Below, piece by piece: positions 27,497-37,563 of a stretch of DNA of 64,000 nucleotides. The translations under genes were made by a program, and so were the position numbers. Under the pieces are notes generated by a model. It had not been told where the DNA came from. It worked only from the letters and a program-made list of their open reading frames with translations, and searched no databases. How positions within the stretch are numbered: the stretch's first letter is position 1; each line of letters begins with the position of its first letter. Where the stretch lies: NCBI GenBank assembly GCA_963808235.1, contig CAWEEQ010000001.1, positions 160,001-224,000 of the forward strand, in the 5' to 3' direction. Source of the stretch: an uncultured delta proteobacterium. GTDB lineage: Bacteria; Desulfobacterota; Binatia; Binatales; Binataceae.

Positions 27497-28753
27497 ATGG
27501 ATTTACGGACGGCTCATCCGGACCAACCGTGGCTATGGCGCGCCGATTGGGCCGCCGGCGAAATTCACTCGAGTCCAAAGGCAAAAGCGATCTTCTTCGC
27601 TCTGTTGGCGATATTCTGGAACTTCTGCACGTTCTCGGCTCTCGCCAGCCTCCGCGCCAACGTCGATCCGGATCGCGCGAAAATTACCGCCTGGCTGATG
27701 CTGTTCCCGTTGATCGGCATCGGCCTCCTGTTCATCGCGATGCGCGCGTTGCTCCAATGGCGCGTATACGGCGAATCAATCTTCCAGCTTAAATTGGTGC
27801 CCGGAACGATCGGCGGCGCGCTCGAGGGCGTCATTCGATCCTCGCATCCGCTGCCGCCGATGCGAGCGGCGAAGCTCCACCTTTCCTGCATCAATGACGT
27901 GCGCGGCCCTGATGGCAAGACGACCGCTCTCCCCATTTGGAGCGATGAGCTTGAAGTGACTACCGATGGCATCGGCGATATTCCAGTCGCCGTCTACATT
28001 CCACCGGAATGTCGTCCGACCGCGACCGAGCCTCTCGACAATCGCGTAACCTGGAAGCTGATAGTTTCATTTACGGCGAACCCGGTATCCTATCGCGCCG
28101 TATTCGAGGTGCCGATTTTCGAGACCGGCGAGACTTCCGCAAGGGCGTCCGATGCGGACGAATTGCGCGCTCAGCGCGACGCGAGGGTCAATTCTTTTCA
28201 GGCACCGGAGAAATCACGAATCCAGGTCGCCCTCGCCGGCGACGGCTCGACCGAAATTTTCTTCCCGGCGTTTCGGAATCCCGCAGTCGCGCTTGGGCTG
28301 CTTGGCTTTCTCATCCTGTGGATCGGTGTGACAATTGTCATTTTCAAAGACAACGCACCGCTGATTTTCAAGATCGCATGGCCGCTTATGGACGTGTTGA
28401 TCGGGCTCTGGGTGCTGTCGCTGCTGTTTGGCTCGACCAGCGCACACGCCCGCAACGGCGAGATAACGATTGTCTCGCGATTGCTGGGCATACCGATTCG
28501 GAACCGCCGCCTGGCGCTGTCTGAAATCAATGACATCCGAACCGGATCTGGAATGTACACCGGCAATACGGTCTATCGGCGAATTCAAATCCATTGCGCC
28601 GGTAAAGATACCATCAGCTTCGGCGACGGCATCCCTGATTCAATCGAAGCGGACTGGATCGCGTCCATGATCGCCAGAGCCGTCGGCCTGCCGGATAACG
28701 CGAGCGCCCAATACCGAACTCTGAAGGGTGCTGCGCTGCCCGACGGGCGCTAA
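27497..28753 (+). CDS. Hypothetical multi-pass membrane protein (DUF3592-associated-like), possibly 5'-truncated
   Basis: PWLWRADW motif, four TM helices, VTWKL...FEVPIF. Confidence 0.65.
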   Translation: MDLRTAHPDQPWLWRADWAAGEIHSSPKAKAIFFALLAIFWNFCTFSALASLRANVDPDRAKITAWLMLFPLIGIGLLFIAMRALLQWRVYGESIFQLKLVPGTIGGALEGVIRSSHPLPPMRAAKLHLSCINDVRGPDGKTTALPIWSDELEVTTDGIGDIPVAVYIPPECRPTATEPLDNRVTWKLIVSFTANPVSYRAVFEVPIFETGETSARASDADELRAQRDARVNSFQAPEKSRIQVALAGDGSTEIFFPAFRNPAVALGLLGFLILWIGVTIVIFKDNAPLIFKIAWPLMDVLIGLWVLSLLFGSTSAHARNGEITIVSRLLGIPIRNRRLALSEINDIRTGSGMYTGNTVYRRIQIHCAGKDTISFGDGIPDSIEADWIASMIARAVGLPDNASAQYRTLKGAALPDGR

Positions 28754-28779
28754 ATTCCCAGACAGCTAATCGACGCAGC

Positions 28780-28858
28780 CCTATCCGGGCGCGATTTGCC
28801 GAGGTCCATCGATCAGCCGTAAATACGCCTGCCGATCGAACCCGGCGAAACCGGCCCG
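28780..28858 (+). repeat. Dispersed repeat, contiguous copy
   Basis: Joins the sequences seen separately at 9668 and 10418. Confidence 0.7.
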
Positions 28859-28878
28859 GTTAGAAGCTGCGCGACGAA

Positions 28879-29454
28879 TCAGCTCGCGATCTTTTCCTGG
28901 TACACGAGAATCTCGACCCGCCGATTCTTGCGCCGGCCGATCTTCGTGCCGTTGTCGTCGACCGGCTTGCTCGCGCCGTAGGAAACCACGCGAACCTGAG
29001 TCGGGTCTAGGCCCTTCTGGCCGACCAGATATCCGGCGACGCTGGTAGCGCGCCTCTGTCCGAGCTCGTAGTTGTAGTCCTCATGGCCGACGCTGTCGGT
29101 ATACCCGGCGACCACGAAGACACGCTGCGCCGCCGCCGACTCTGAGCCGGTGCCGGGCGTCGATCCCTCCATATCACCCACGAATTGATCGATCTCGCGC
29201 TTGGCGTTCCCGCTCAAGGCAGCGGATCCGGTCTTGAAGGTCGGCCCGTTGGTCGAATCCAGGACCAACCGCCGCTCAAGGTGGAGATTGTTCATCTGGG
29301 TTTCAAGCTGCTGTTGCTGTCCGGTGATCGGGCGCAGCTGATCGCCAACCCACGAGCGGGTGGCAAGGCAGCCGCTGAGGGTGAGAAGCAAACCGGCCCC
29401 CGCGAAGGCTCTGACCCCGATGCGTACAGCGTTCGATAAATGCGCGATTCTCAC
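28879..29454 (-). CDS. OmpA family lipoprotein
   Basis: AGGAGG before GTG 29454; lipobox LSGC; GYTDSVG...N..LGQRRA, SYG...P, NRRVEI. Confidence 0.9.
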   Translation of the reverse strand: MRIAHLSNAVRIGVRAFAGAGLLLTLSGCLATRSWVGDQLRPITGQQQQLETQMNNLHLERRLVLDSTNGPTFKTGSAALSGNAKREIDQFVGDMEGSTPGTGSESAAAQRVFVVAGYTDSVGHEDYNYELGQRRATSVAGYLVGQKGLDPTQVRVVSYGASKPVDDNGTKIGRRKNRRVEILVYQEKIAS

Positions 29455-29540
29455 AGTGAATCCTCCTGGTTTAACTGGGATTTCCGTTTTGATTTTCCAA
29501 CCAGTTGATCTTCTTGGTCCGGCAGAAATCCCAGAATCAA

Positions 29541-29661
29541 TTTTACTACTGACGGCTTGGTGAGGCGAGTTCAAATTTGGCTTTACTACGAGTGGCTGGG
29601 TAGGGCGAGTTCATATTTGGCTTTACTACGGATGGCTTGGCGAGGCGGGTTCAAATTTTGG
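29541..29661. repeat. Three tandem 40-bp direct repeats
   Basis: Units at 29541, 29581 and 29621; consensus TTTACTACnnnnGGCTnGGnnnGGCGRGTTCAWATTT. Confidence 0.9.
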
Positions 29662-29684
29662 CTGCATGCCTCATACTGGTGCGG

Positions 29685-32600
29685 CTAAAGTGGAAGCGGG
29701 CCGATGTTGCCGGCGTGATCTATTGCGCGCACGGCGTAGAAGCTTGTCCCGGGCAGATGCGGCACTAAGATCACTTCATGTGAACCGGAGGTCTGCGGAA
29801 CGGCGGTCACAGGCACGGCCGTTGCCGAACCAACGTTGCTCTGCGTAATCGGATTCGCCGACGCAAATACCTGGTAGGACGCCGCAGTGCCTGATTTCCA
29901 ATCGTCACCGACCGCCGTGAAACTAAGAGTGTCGGTGGCGCCGCCGAGACCTACCGTCAAATCGTTGATTCCAGAAGGCGGCCGCGTGTCGTCACCGTAG
30001 TGACCCGTGTTTCTGTCGTTCTGATGCCAGTGCCACGCTTCATGATTCGCTGAAGCCAGTCCGGGCGTCGTGTAGATGTGGAGTAGACCCTGGCGGGTCG
30101 TCACTGCGACATCGACCGTACCGGCTCCAGTCAGGTCTCCGACCGCCGGCATCGTCAACGAAAATCCTCCCGTCCATCGCGGCCATCCGGACACCGGCTG
30201 CCCGCTGAGGCCGTCGAAAGCGTGCAGCGCCGCCGAGTCAGTCGTGAGCAGGATATCCGGGATCCCATCGCCGGTGACGTCTGCGATTGCGGGCGCGTTG
30301 AAGAAGGCCAGCCCCTGCGTGAGTTGAGTGTATTGCGGCAGATTCGCACCGGTCATCGCGTCCCATACACCGATACCCGAGCGCACCTCGATGCCCTTGC
30401 CCGGAGTCTCCAGGAGCCCGGTTACGATGTCGGTCGTGGCCGAGCCGGGGGCAACCATCTGCGGCGTTGCCGTACCGAGCAGATTGCCGATCGAAGTCGA
30501 CCCCGTGAAATGAACCAGCGGCGACGCCGTTTGCAGCGCGCCGTCAACCGGCAGGTTCGCCGGAATCTCAGGCGTGGCGAGATTGTTGTTCGCGAATTGA
30601 ATCAGGTAGTTGAAACCAAGCTCCGGGCTGGCTATTCCGATCGGACCATCGGGCGAAGTGAACGAGACCGGAGTCTGTACACCGATTGTCACGAAGTCGG
30701 TCGCCGTTCCATATGACTGCGCGGGCGTGGTCAGCTGGACCGGAAAGTTCGGCAACAACTGCCCGGTCGACGAAAATGCGGTTACAAACCCGATCGTCGG
30801 CGTACCCTGCACGGTGTCCTGAAGACCGATGAATACGTCCGGGTGACCGTCGCCGTTTATGTCCACCAACGTCGGCGTGTCGCAGATTTTTGGATCCTGG
30901 GTGAAGTTTCCGCCGCTTGCGGTACTCGGAGGTGTGATGCTGGCCGCGTTGACCGGCCATCCGGGAACCGCGCTGCCGTCGGGACGCCATGCGTAAATCT
31001 TCCCGTCCCACGCGGGCATGATGATATCGAGTTGGTTGGTGCCCTCCAGATCTGCCAGTGCGGCGCCGCCGAAACTACCGGTCGTGGGGTTGTACGAGTA
31101 GGGCGTGTCAGGCACGGGGACCGCTTGGCGCGCGACGCTCCGATCGGTGGCAAGTGGAAAACCCGGGCGCAGGTTGCCGGCGCCGTTCCACGCGTAAGCA
31201 AAACCATCCAGGGTCGTGGCGACGATCTGGAGAGCCCCATTATGGTCGAGGTCGCCCACCGCCAGCGGGGCGGCGATCGGATCGTGCGGCAAGGGAATCT
31301 GTCCCGATGCCCACGACTTGGCCGTGAGATAGTTGTACGGATAGTTCGGATCAACTCCGCGCGCGAGGTTGGTGACCACCGGAAATCCCGGCGCCTCGGT
31401 ACCGTCGGGCCTGATCGCGTGCACACTGCCGTCCGATCCGGCAACGATCGTGTCGAGCACGCCGCGCCCCTCGATATCGGCCATGGTCGCTCCCGACTCG
31501 ATCGAAGTTCCAAGGTCTTTCGGGAATCCTGCCAACTCTGCGCTGTTGTGGCGTAGATGGAATACGCGCCGATCTTCGCCGACCAGTCCGCGATTGTCGG
31601 TCACGACCAATCTGATCGTCACGTCGTACTGCTCGATTGAAAGACGATCCGGAGTCGGCGCAACGTAGTTGCCGCTCCAGAAAGACGACGGAATCTGGCT
31701 CAGATTGAGACTGCTGTTGATCGTCGCTGGCTTGGTTCCATTGCCGTGAGCGATTGTGGTGAAGGCGTTATCGAGCGGCTGCGGTCCAAGTCCATACTGC
31801 AGTTGCCACGTGTATGATTTCGATCGCGTCGCCGCGGCCGCGAACCCTACCCGCAGCGCGCTGGTCACGGTCGGATCAACTTCCTGATACCAGTCGGGCG
31901 CTTGAATGTCCGCAGTGGGCGGAATCAGGTTGGTATGCACCGCCTGCATCGCGCGAAATACATTGGGCCGTCCGTATCCATACTGGATGTTGAACTCCGC
32001 ATTCGGCAGCCCCGGGAAGCAGGTCGGACACGGTTGATAGTTGATTGGCGTGACGGTCGAACGCACCACTTGCTCAACCTCGTTGGCGTTGAGCGGCGTC
32101 GAGATTTGTTTGGCGGCTGCGGCGTCGAGCCCGGCGCTGACGACCATCGCTGCCACGCCTGCCTGGGTCGGAATGCCGGTCGAAGTAGAGCCGTCCTCAT
32201 TGGGCACCGAGAAGAGCGAATGCGGCCCATAAGATGTCAGCGATGAGCGCGAGCGAAAAGTTACCGCGCTGAGATCGCTCGGCAGTGATTGTCCGGATCG
32301 GTTGGACTGGTCGGATACGACGGAGTTTCCCGGCCACACGTGCGCGAGCCGCATTCCTTCGGTGTGGTCGGCTGATTCGAAATCGTTGCTCGCCCATGCG
32401 ATCACGACTCCATGGTCGTATGCGTACTGCACCGCGCCGACCATCGCCGGCGACTGACCCAATGCAGCCACTGTCACGTCGATCACCTTCGCACCGGAGT
32501 CGACTGCGAATGCGATCGCCTCGGCCACCCGATCCGGACGATCGATTGCTTCGTCACCCGCCTTGACCGACAACAGCCGGCAGTTGGGGCATACGCCTAC

Positions 32601-33362
32601 GCCTCCGAAATTGTTGTTGGCCTCGGCGACGAACTGGTTAGACTCGTCGTCGGAATGCGGATAGGCGCTGTTGTCGGTTTGCGGGTCGTTGGTGTCGCGA
32701 TGGAAATTCCATCCCGAGATGTCGTCAACGTAGCCGTTGTGATCGTTGTCCTTGCCGTCACTGAACGCGACGATCAAATCCTCAGCCGTAATTCCGCCGG
32801 CCTGCGGATGAAGCAATGGACGATGCACGCGCGGGTCGTTGGCGTAGTCATCGACAGTCAGTACACCGTCGCCGTCAAGGTCGTAGCTCTTGGTGGGCTC
32901 GAGGCATCCGGGCGAACGACCGGGCTTGGTCGCGCCCTTGGCGTTCTCCGGCGCCGGCAGCTCCCCGCAGTTGAGATACGCTTTGCGGCGCAGATCGAAG
33001 CTCTGACTCAACCGCCAGTTAACGCCGCCCTCGATGTATGCCACTGTCACATCTTTGCGCCCAAACCCGTACACCGCCCACGCCCTGTTCAGGCTCATTC
33101 CCGACGCACCTTCCGAATCGAGCGCGGCTGGAGCGCTCTGCGGAATGCAATCATAGAGATGCCACTGCTCGGCGTTGAAGGTCATCCCACCGGCCGGATT
33201 GCGTTCGGCGGGCGCGTAGCCGGGGTCATTGGGCCCACTAATCAAGCTGTTGCAGGGAGCGGCGAAGGCCGGAGTGACGATCGAATCAATTTGGATCGCG
33301 AGTGAGAGAATGAAAATCGCAAACGCCGCGATCAGGTTGATGGAGAGGAAGGAGCGGCGCAT
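29685..33362 (-). CDS. Secreted S8 (subtilisin-like) peptidase with FG-GAP repeats and FN3-like tail
   Basis: Signal peptide; DNDHNGYVDDISGWNF; GVCPNC; STST..P..AGVAAM; GYGRPN; repeated GDLD/ADV.GDG motifs. Confidence 0.85.
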   Translation of the reverse strand: MRRSFLSINLIAAFAIFILSLAIQIDSIVTPAFAAPCNSLISGPNDPGYAPAERNPAGGMTFNAEQWHLYDCIPQSAPAALDSEGASGMSLNRAWAVYGFGRKDVTVAYIEGGVNWRLSQSFDLRRKAYLNCGELPAPENAKGATKPGRSPGCLEPTKSYDLDGDGVLTVDDYANDPRVHRPLLHPQAGGITAEDLIVAFSDGKDNDHNGYVDDISGWNFHRDTNDPQTDNSAYPHSDDESNQFVAEANNNFGGVGVCPNCRLLSVKAGDEAIDRPDRVAEAIAFAVDSGAKVIDVTVAALGQSPAMVGAVQYAYDHGVVIAWASNDFESADHTEGMRLAHVWPGNSVVSDQSNRSGQSLPSDLSAVTFRSRSSLTSYGPHSLFSVPNEDGSTSTGIPTQAGVAAMVVSAGLDAAAAKQISTPLNANEVEQVVRSTVTPINYQPCPTCFPGLPNAEFNIQYGYGRPNVFRAMQAVHTNLIPPTADIQAPDWYQEVDPTVTSALRVGFAAAATRSKSYTWQLQYGLGPQPLDNAFTTIAHGNGTKPATINSSLNLSQIPSSFWSGNYVAPTPDRLSIEQYDVTIRLVVTDNRGLVGEDRRVFHLRHNSAELAGFPKDLGTSIESGATMADIEGRGVLDTIVAGSDGSVHAIRPDGTEAPGFPVVTNLARGVDPNYPYNYLTAKSWASGQIPLPHDPIAAPLAVGDLDHNGALQIVATTLDGFAYAWNGAGNLRPGFPLATDRSVARQAVPVPDTPYSYNPTTGSFGGAALADLEGTNQLDIIMPAWDGKIYAWRPDGSAVPGWPVNAASITPPSTASGGNFTQDPKICDTPTLVDINGDGHPDVFIGLQDTVQGTPTIGFVTAFSSTGQLLPNFPVQLTTPAQSYGTATDFVTIGVQTPVSFTSPDGPIGIASPELGFNYLIQFANNNLATPEIPANLPVDGALQTASPLVHFTGSTSIGNLLGTATPQMVAPGSATTDIVTGLLETPGKGIEVRSGIGVWDAMTGANLPQYTQLTQGLAFFNAPAIADVTGDGIPDILLTTDSAALHAFDGLSGQPVSGWPRWTGGFSLTMPAVGDLTGAGTVDVAVTTRQGLLHIYTTPGLASANHEAWHWHQNDRNTGHYGDDTRPPSGINDLTVGLGGATDTLSFTAVGDDWKSGTAASYQVFASANPITQSNVGSATAVPVTAVPQTSGSHEVILVPHLPGTSFYAVRAIDHAGNIGPLPL

Positions 33363-33365
33363 CGA

Positions 33366-33407
33366 GGTTCCTCCTAAGAAGCGCAGTAGCTAAAGGTTTG
33401 AGGAACC
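33366..33407 (-). promoter_or_regulatory. Hairpin overlapping the peptidase RBS
   Basis: GGTTCCTC/GAGGAACC 8-bp stem covers most of AGGAGG. Confidence 0.5.
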
Positions 33408-33547
33408 CAGGCATCGGGTCAAGGAAGGAAAAAGAACAATGTTTTGACGATCGAATCGCGCGTCAACTACCCGGGGTCAACCGCGCTGGCTCCTGAGTCA
33501 AACTCGATACGCGCGCCGGAGCTGAGCTGCTGAGTCAGGCGTTTCCA

Positions 33548-34336
33548 CTATTCCATCTTTACTAACAGCCCGCGTAAACGCGCCGACTCGAACATCCATC
33601 GGAAGAAAATTATCGCGAAGATGAAATAAATCATGTTCAATCCGAGACCCCACTCGAAATGCGAGGCAGAAAATCCGCCGGTCGCGATTACCTCTCGCAT
33701 GCCTTCGAATGAGTGAGTCGTCGGTAGTAGTGAGGCTGTTGGTCGCAGGAAACTCGGCAATGAGCTCAACGGGTAGAAGACGCACGATAGCGGCATCAGT
33801 ATACCGGCGAAGCTCCAGGCCATGGCCTGGAGCTTGGTGGTGTATCGGAAGATCAAACCAGTAACTACGATGCCCATCGTGAGGGCGAACAGGACCAGGT
33901 TCAAAATAAACGGAAGTAGCGTAGGCAGCATCGGAAGCATGTTGTAATGATAGAAGAGCCACGCGATTAAAGCCCCGACGCCCAAGCCGATCATCGCCTT
34001 AGCAAGGGTCACGATAATCAGGCCGGTGACATACTCGGAAACGCTCAGAGGCGAAGCGAACAGACTGACAAGATTTCGCGACCACAATTCTTCCAAAAAG
34101 CCCACTGCCATGTCGCGTTGGAAAGAATTGAACAGTCCCCACAGAATGACTGCTCCGAGCAGGCAACTAAGGACTCCGGGCTGCAAGCGATCTCCATGGC
34201 GGAGATACAGTGTGAAAAATCCCCACACTAATATGTTCACTACCGGCCAGTAGACCATGTAGGTGATGTGATTCGCGTTGTGAATCACCTCATAGGTGTG
34301 GCGCTGGATAACGGATCTAATTCGATACAGCTTCAT
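33548..34336 (-). CDS. ABC-2 type transporter permease
   Basis: Six TM helices, EELWSRNL..LF.SPL, VFYPLS.LP..L. Confidence 0.9.
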   Translation of the reverse strand: MKLYRIRSVIQRHTYEVIHNANHITYMVYWPVVNILVWGFFTLYLRHGDRLQPGVLSCLLGAVILWGLFNSFQRDMAVGFLEELWSRNLVSLFASPLSVSEYVTGLIIVTLAKAMIGLGVGALIAWLFYHYNMLPMLPTLLPFILNLVLFALTMGIVVTGLIFRYTTKLQAMAWSFAGILMPLSCVFYPLSSLPSFLRPTASLLPTTHSFEGMREVIATGGFSASHFEWGLGLNMIYFIFAIIFFRWMFESARLRGLLVKME

Positions 34337-35072
34337 CTGGTGGGCGTCCTGCAAGCTGTATGAAGACCTCTTCGAGATCGGGCGCACTGCGGTCCTCTTT
34401 CAGAATCGCACGAGTTACTTCGATAGGAGTTCCGGTTGCGAGGATAGTTCCGTGGCTGAGAAAGATAATCCGGTCGCACATGCGCTGGACTTCGTGCATG
34501 TTGTGCGACGTGTAGAGGATCGTTGTCCCACGGCTTTTCTGCAGATCGAGCAGAACCTCTCTCACCTGCACTGCCGCCTGAGGATCAAGGTAAGCAGTCG
34601 GCTCGTCGAGCAACAGCAATTCCGGATCGTTCAGAAATGCTTTGCAGAGTCCAACCCGCGTGGTCTCGCCGGAGGATAACCGCGAAATCGGCTTGTTCTT
34701 CAGGCGTCCGATTCCGAACCGCTCGAGCAGTTCGTTGATTTTCGCCGCAGGGTTGCAGACGTTGTAGATTCCAGCGAAGACCTTCAAGTTTTCAAGCACG
34801 CTCAGGCGGACCGGGAATGCCATGTACGGCGAGGTGAAGTTCAATCTCTGGAGTATCTGTTCGCGATCCGCATCGAGACTCTTCCCGAACAGACGCACGC
34901 TGCCTGCGTTTGGCGAAATCAAGCCGAGCATCATGTGGATGATGGTCGTCTTGCCGGCCCCGTTGGGGCCGACCAGGCCGGCAATTTCTCCTGCGTGCAC
35001 GACGAACGACACGTCGTGGACCGCAGTAAACTTGCCGAAGGTTTTCGTTAAGTGCTCAATGGTAACGAGCAT
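34317..35072 (-). CDS. ABC transporter ATP-binding protein
   Basis: GPNGAGKT, LSSGE, LLLDEPT, TSH. Confidence 0.94.
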   Translation of the reverse strand: MLVTIEHLTKTFGKFTAVHDVSFVVHAGEIAGLVGPNGAGKTTIIHMMLGLISPNAGSVRLFGKSLDADREQILQRLNFTSPYMAFPVRLSVLENLKVFAGIYNVCNPAAKINELLERFGIGRLKNKPISRLSSGETTRVGLCKAFLNDPELLLLDEPTAYLDPQAAVQVREVLLDLQKSRGTTILYTSHNMHEVQRMCDRIIFLSHGTILATGTPIEVTRAILKEDRSAPDLEEVFIQLAGRPPDEAVSN

Positions 35073-35343
35073 CGCGACACAGTACGCTATGAGGGCATCT
35101 GGAACAAACAGTTCGTAGCTGCATTTATCGCGCTGGAACCATACTTGACTGCCGAGCGGGTGCGGCAGTTTGCGTGTTCTTCAGGTAACTCCGAAAAGTA
35201 GGGAATTACACCACTACGTCGCTTGTAACCGATGACGAAAATTCGGTATCCTGCCCCACCTGTGCCTAGCGGGGAAATCGAGGTTACGGCTGCCTTCTGA
35301 AAATCGAAATCAGCTTCAGCGAAGGATAGAGAGAGGACACTAA

Positions 35344-37488
35344 GTGACTGCCACATTTCCGTCGTTGCCAAAGATTGAGGTCGGTCGCAGTTCCCGGTTG
35401 CCACGGGTCTGCATTGCCACTTGGGAGATCGAGGGGCCATCGCGCAATGCCGGTATCGGTACTGCCTACACCAGCCTGGCGGACGCGTTGAAGCGAGCCG
35501 GCTACGATGTGAGTATCCTCTTCCTTCTCGGATGCCATCCTACTGACGGAAACATGATCGACTGGGTCGACTACTACCAGACACAGAAGGGAATGAAGTT
35601 GATCCCGCTGCCGATGGCTCACGAGCCGCGAATTCACGCCGCTTGGGCGTCGAGCGTGTCCTATCACACGTACGTCTGGCTGAAGGAGCATCAGCACGAC
35701 TTCAACGTCATTCATTTTCCAGAATGTCAGGGGCTGGCATTTTACAGCCTGCTGGCCAAGCGCCAAGGGCTGGCTTTCGGTGACTCAACCTTTGTGATTG
35801 GCACCCACGGGCCGACCTTTTGGGTAAAAGAGGGTAGCCAGGATTACATACGCAATCTGGGAGAGCTTGAGATCGACTTCATGGAACGCGTGAGCGTCTC
35901 AGCTGCGGATGTTGTTGTGAGTCCGAGTCAGTACCTTCTTAACTGGACGCAGCAACATGGCTGGGAACTACCGGAGCGAACCTATGTTGCCCCTTACGTT
36001 CTTCCTCAAGGTTTGCTCACGGAAGGCCCCGCGCCGCGCCAGAAGCAGAAAGAGATTCGCGAGATTGTATTCTTCGGACGGCTCGAGATCAGAAAGGGAC
36101 TCAAGCTCTTTTGCGACGCACTGGACGAACTCTGCGCGGGGAGCACGAATCCCCAGTTTGAGGTCACCTTCCTAGGGAAGGAAACCGAGATCTATGGTCG
36201 CTCGAGTATCGGTTACATAAGCGACCGATCCAAGGCATGGTCGGTTCCGTGGCACATTGTCTCGAACAAATATCAAAAGGCGGCAATCGAGTACCTACAA
36301 GGAGATGGACGGTTAGCAGTGGTCTCGTCGTTGGCCGATAATTTTCCCAACACGGTGCTCGAATGCATTGGCGCGGGGGTACCACTTCTAGCCAGCAACG
36401 TTGGAGGGATTCCGGAAATCATAGATCCCGCCGATAGAGAGAACGTTTGTTTCGAACCGCGGCCGGACATTCTGGCAGAGCGTATCCGAGGTGCGCTTGA
36501 ACAGGGCGCATCCGCGGCGCGACCGTCAGCCTCGTTCGCTGACACCGCGGGCAATTGGGTGGATTGGCACTCCAGCCTCCCGAATCGAGCCAGGAGTGAA
36601 CAACCCGTTCGCAAAGATCGGCAAGCGGGCAGAGAATCAATATTTCCCTTGGTGAGTGTGTGCTTCGCGTACAATGTCAGACAGAAGGGCGCCGCAGCCA
36701 CGTTGGCCTCGCTAAAGCAGCAAGACTATCCGCATCTTGAGATCATTTTGGCCGAGTGCGGAGGAAGCGAGGTTTCGTCCGCATCAAAGTCGTCGAAGGA
36801 TGCCGAGCGGTTGGGGAGTCACGAACTGCGCAGGATCAGTCGGCGCAGCAGCGAGATCGGCGCGGGCAGAAATGCGGCCGTGCGCGAGGCAAAAGGCGAA
36901 TACCTGTTCTTCGTCGACGATCACAGTATATTGTTGGCGCCTAACGCGCTCTCTGTCGTCGTACAGGTCGCGCAACGAGTTGACGCCGACATTCTGACTT
37001 CAGCGATCAGCTTTTTTCTCGGGTCGTCGAACGGTTCGTCCGAGAATCGCCTCGAGCACTCCCGCCGTCCGTTTCTCGGAGGCGATGCCGCGACCGGTGC
37101 TTTCGTCAACTGCTTCGGGAGCACCAACGCGCTCGTGCGGCGCGACGCGTTCGACACAATCGGAGGATTTAGCGACGAAGCAGTATCAACCCTCGACGAT
37201 TGGGAGTTCCTTTCCAAAGCGGCGCTATTGGGACTGCGGATCGAAACGACGCCAGAAGTGTTCCTCTGGCAGCGTGAAGATCAGGACCAGGAAAGCCTCG
37301 TGCACTCGCTTGTGAACGCAGTTCGCAGCGCCAGGCCCTACACCATTCCTGGGCGCAAGCTCGCGCCTGGCGTGGAGCGGACGCTGTCCAAGGTGCTGCA
37401 ATTTGGTCAAGGGTTGAAATTTGAGCGAGACGCCAACACCGGCACGCCTCTCTCGCGCGGAGAACAGGGCCCTGCCGTGACCGGCTGA
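35344..37488 (+). CDS. Fused GT4 + GT2 glycosyltransferase
   Basis: GIGTAY, FFGRLEIRKG, DNFPNTVLE, SNVGGIPE; then GRNAAVREAKGEYLFFVDD, DDWEF. Confidence 0.9.
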   Translation: MTATFPSLPKIEVGRSSRLPRVCIATWEIEGPSRNAGIGTAYTSLADALKRAGYDVSILFLLGCHPTDGNMIDWVDYYQTQKGMKLIPLPMAHEPRIHAAWASSVSYHTYVWLKEHQHDFNVIHFPECQGLAFYSLLAKRQGLAFGDSTFVIGTHGPTFWVKEGSQDYIRNLGELEIDFMERVSVSAADVVVSPSQYLLNWTQQHGWELPERTYVAPYVLPQGLLTEGPAPRQKQKEIREIVFFGRLEIRKGLKLFCDALDELCAGSTNPQFEVTFLGKETEIYGRSSIGYISDRSKAWSVPWHIVSNKYQKAAIEYLQGDGRLAVVSSLADNFPNTVLECIGAGVPLLASNVGGIPEIIDPADRENVCFEPRPDILAERIRGALEQGASAARPSASFADTAGNWVDWHSSLPNRARSEQPVRKDRQAGRESIFPLVSVCFAYNVRQKGAAATLASLKQQDYPHLEIILAECGGSEVSSASKSSKDAERLGSHELRRISRRSSEIGAGRNAAVREAKGEYLFFVDDHSILLAPNALSVVVQVAQRVDADILTSAISFFLGSSNGSSENRLEHSRRPFLGGDAATGAFVNCFGSTNALVRRDAFDTIGGFSDEAVSTLDDWEFLSKAALLGLRIETTPEVFLWQREDQDQESLVHSLVNAVRSARPYTIPGRKLAPGVERTLSKVLQFGQGLKFERDANTGTPLSRGEQGPAVTG

Positions 37489-37563
37489 GACGCACGGCGT
37501 AGCAAGGCAAGCGGCCGAGTTCCATTTCGTTGGAAGAACGAAAACTCGGCCGAATAATTCGAT

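Noticed and set aside
29541-29661. Mini-CRISPR array
   Set aside because: The units are contiguous 40-mers with no unique spacers, and no cas genes are in the window
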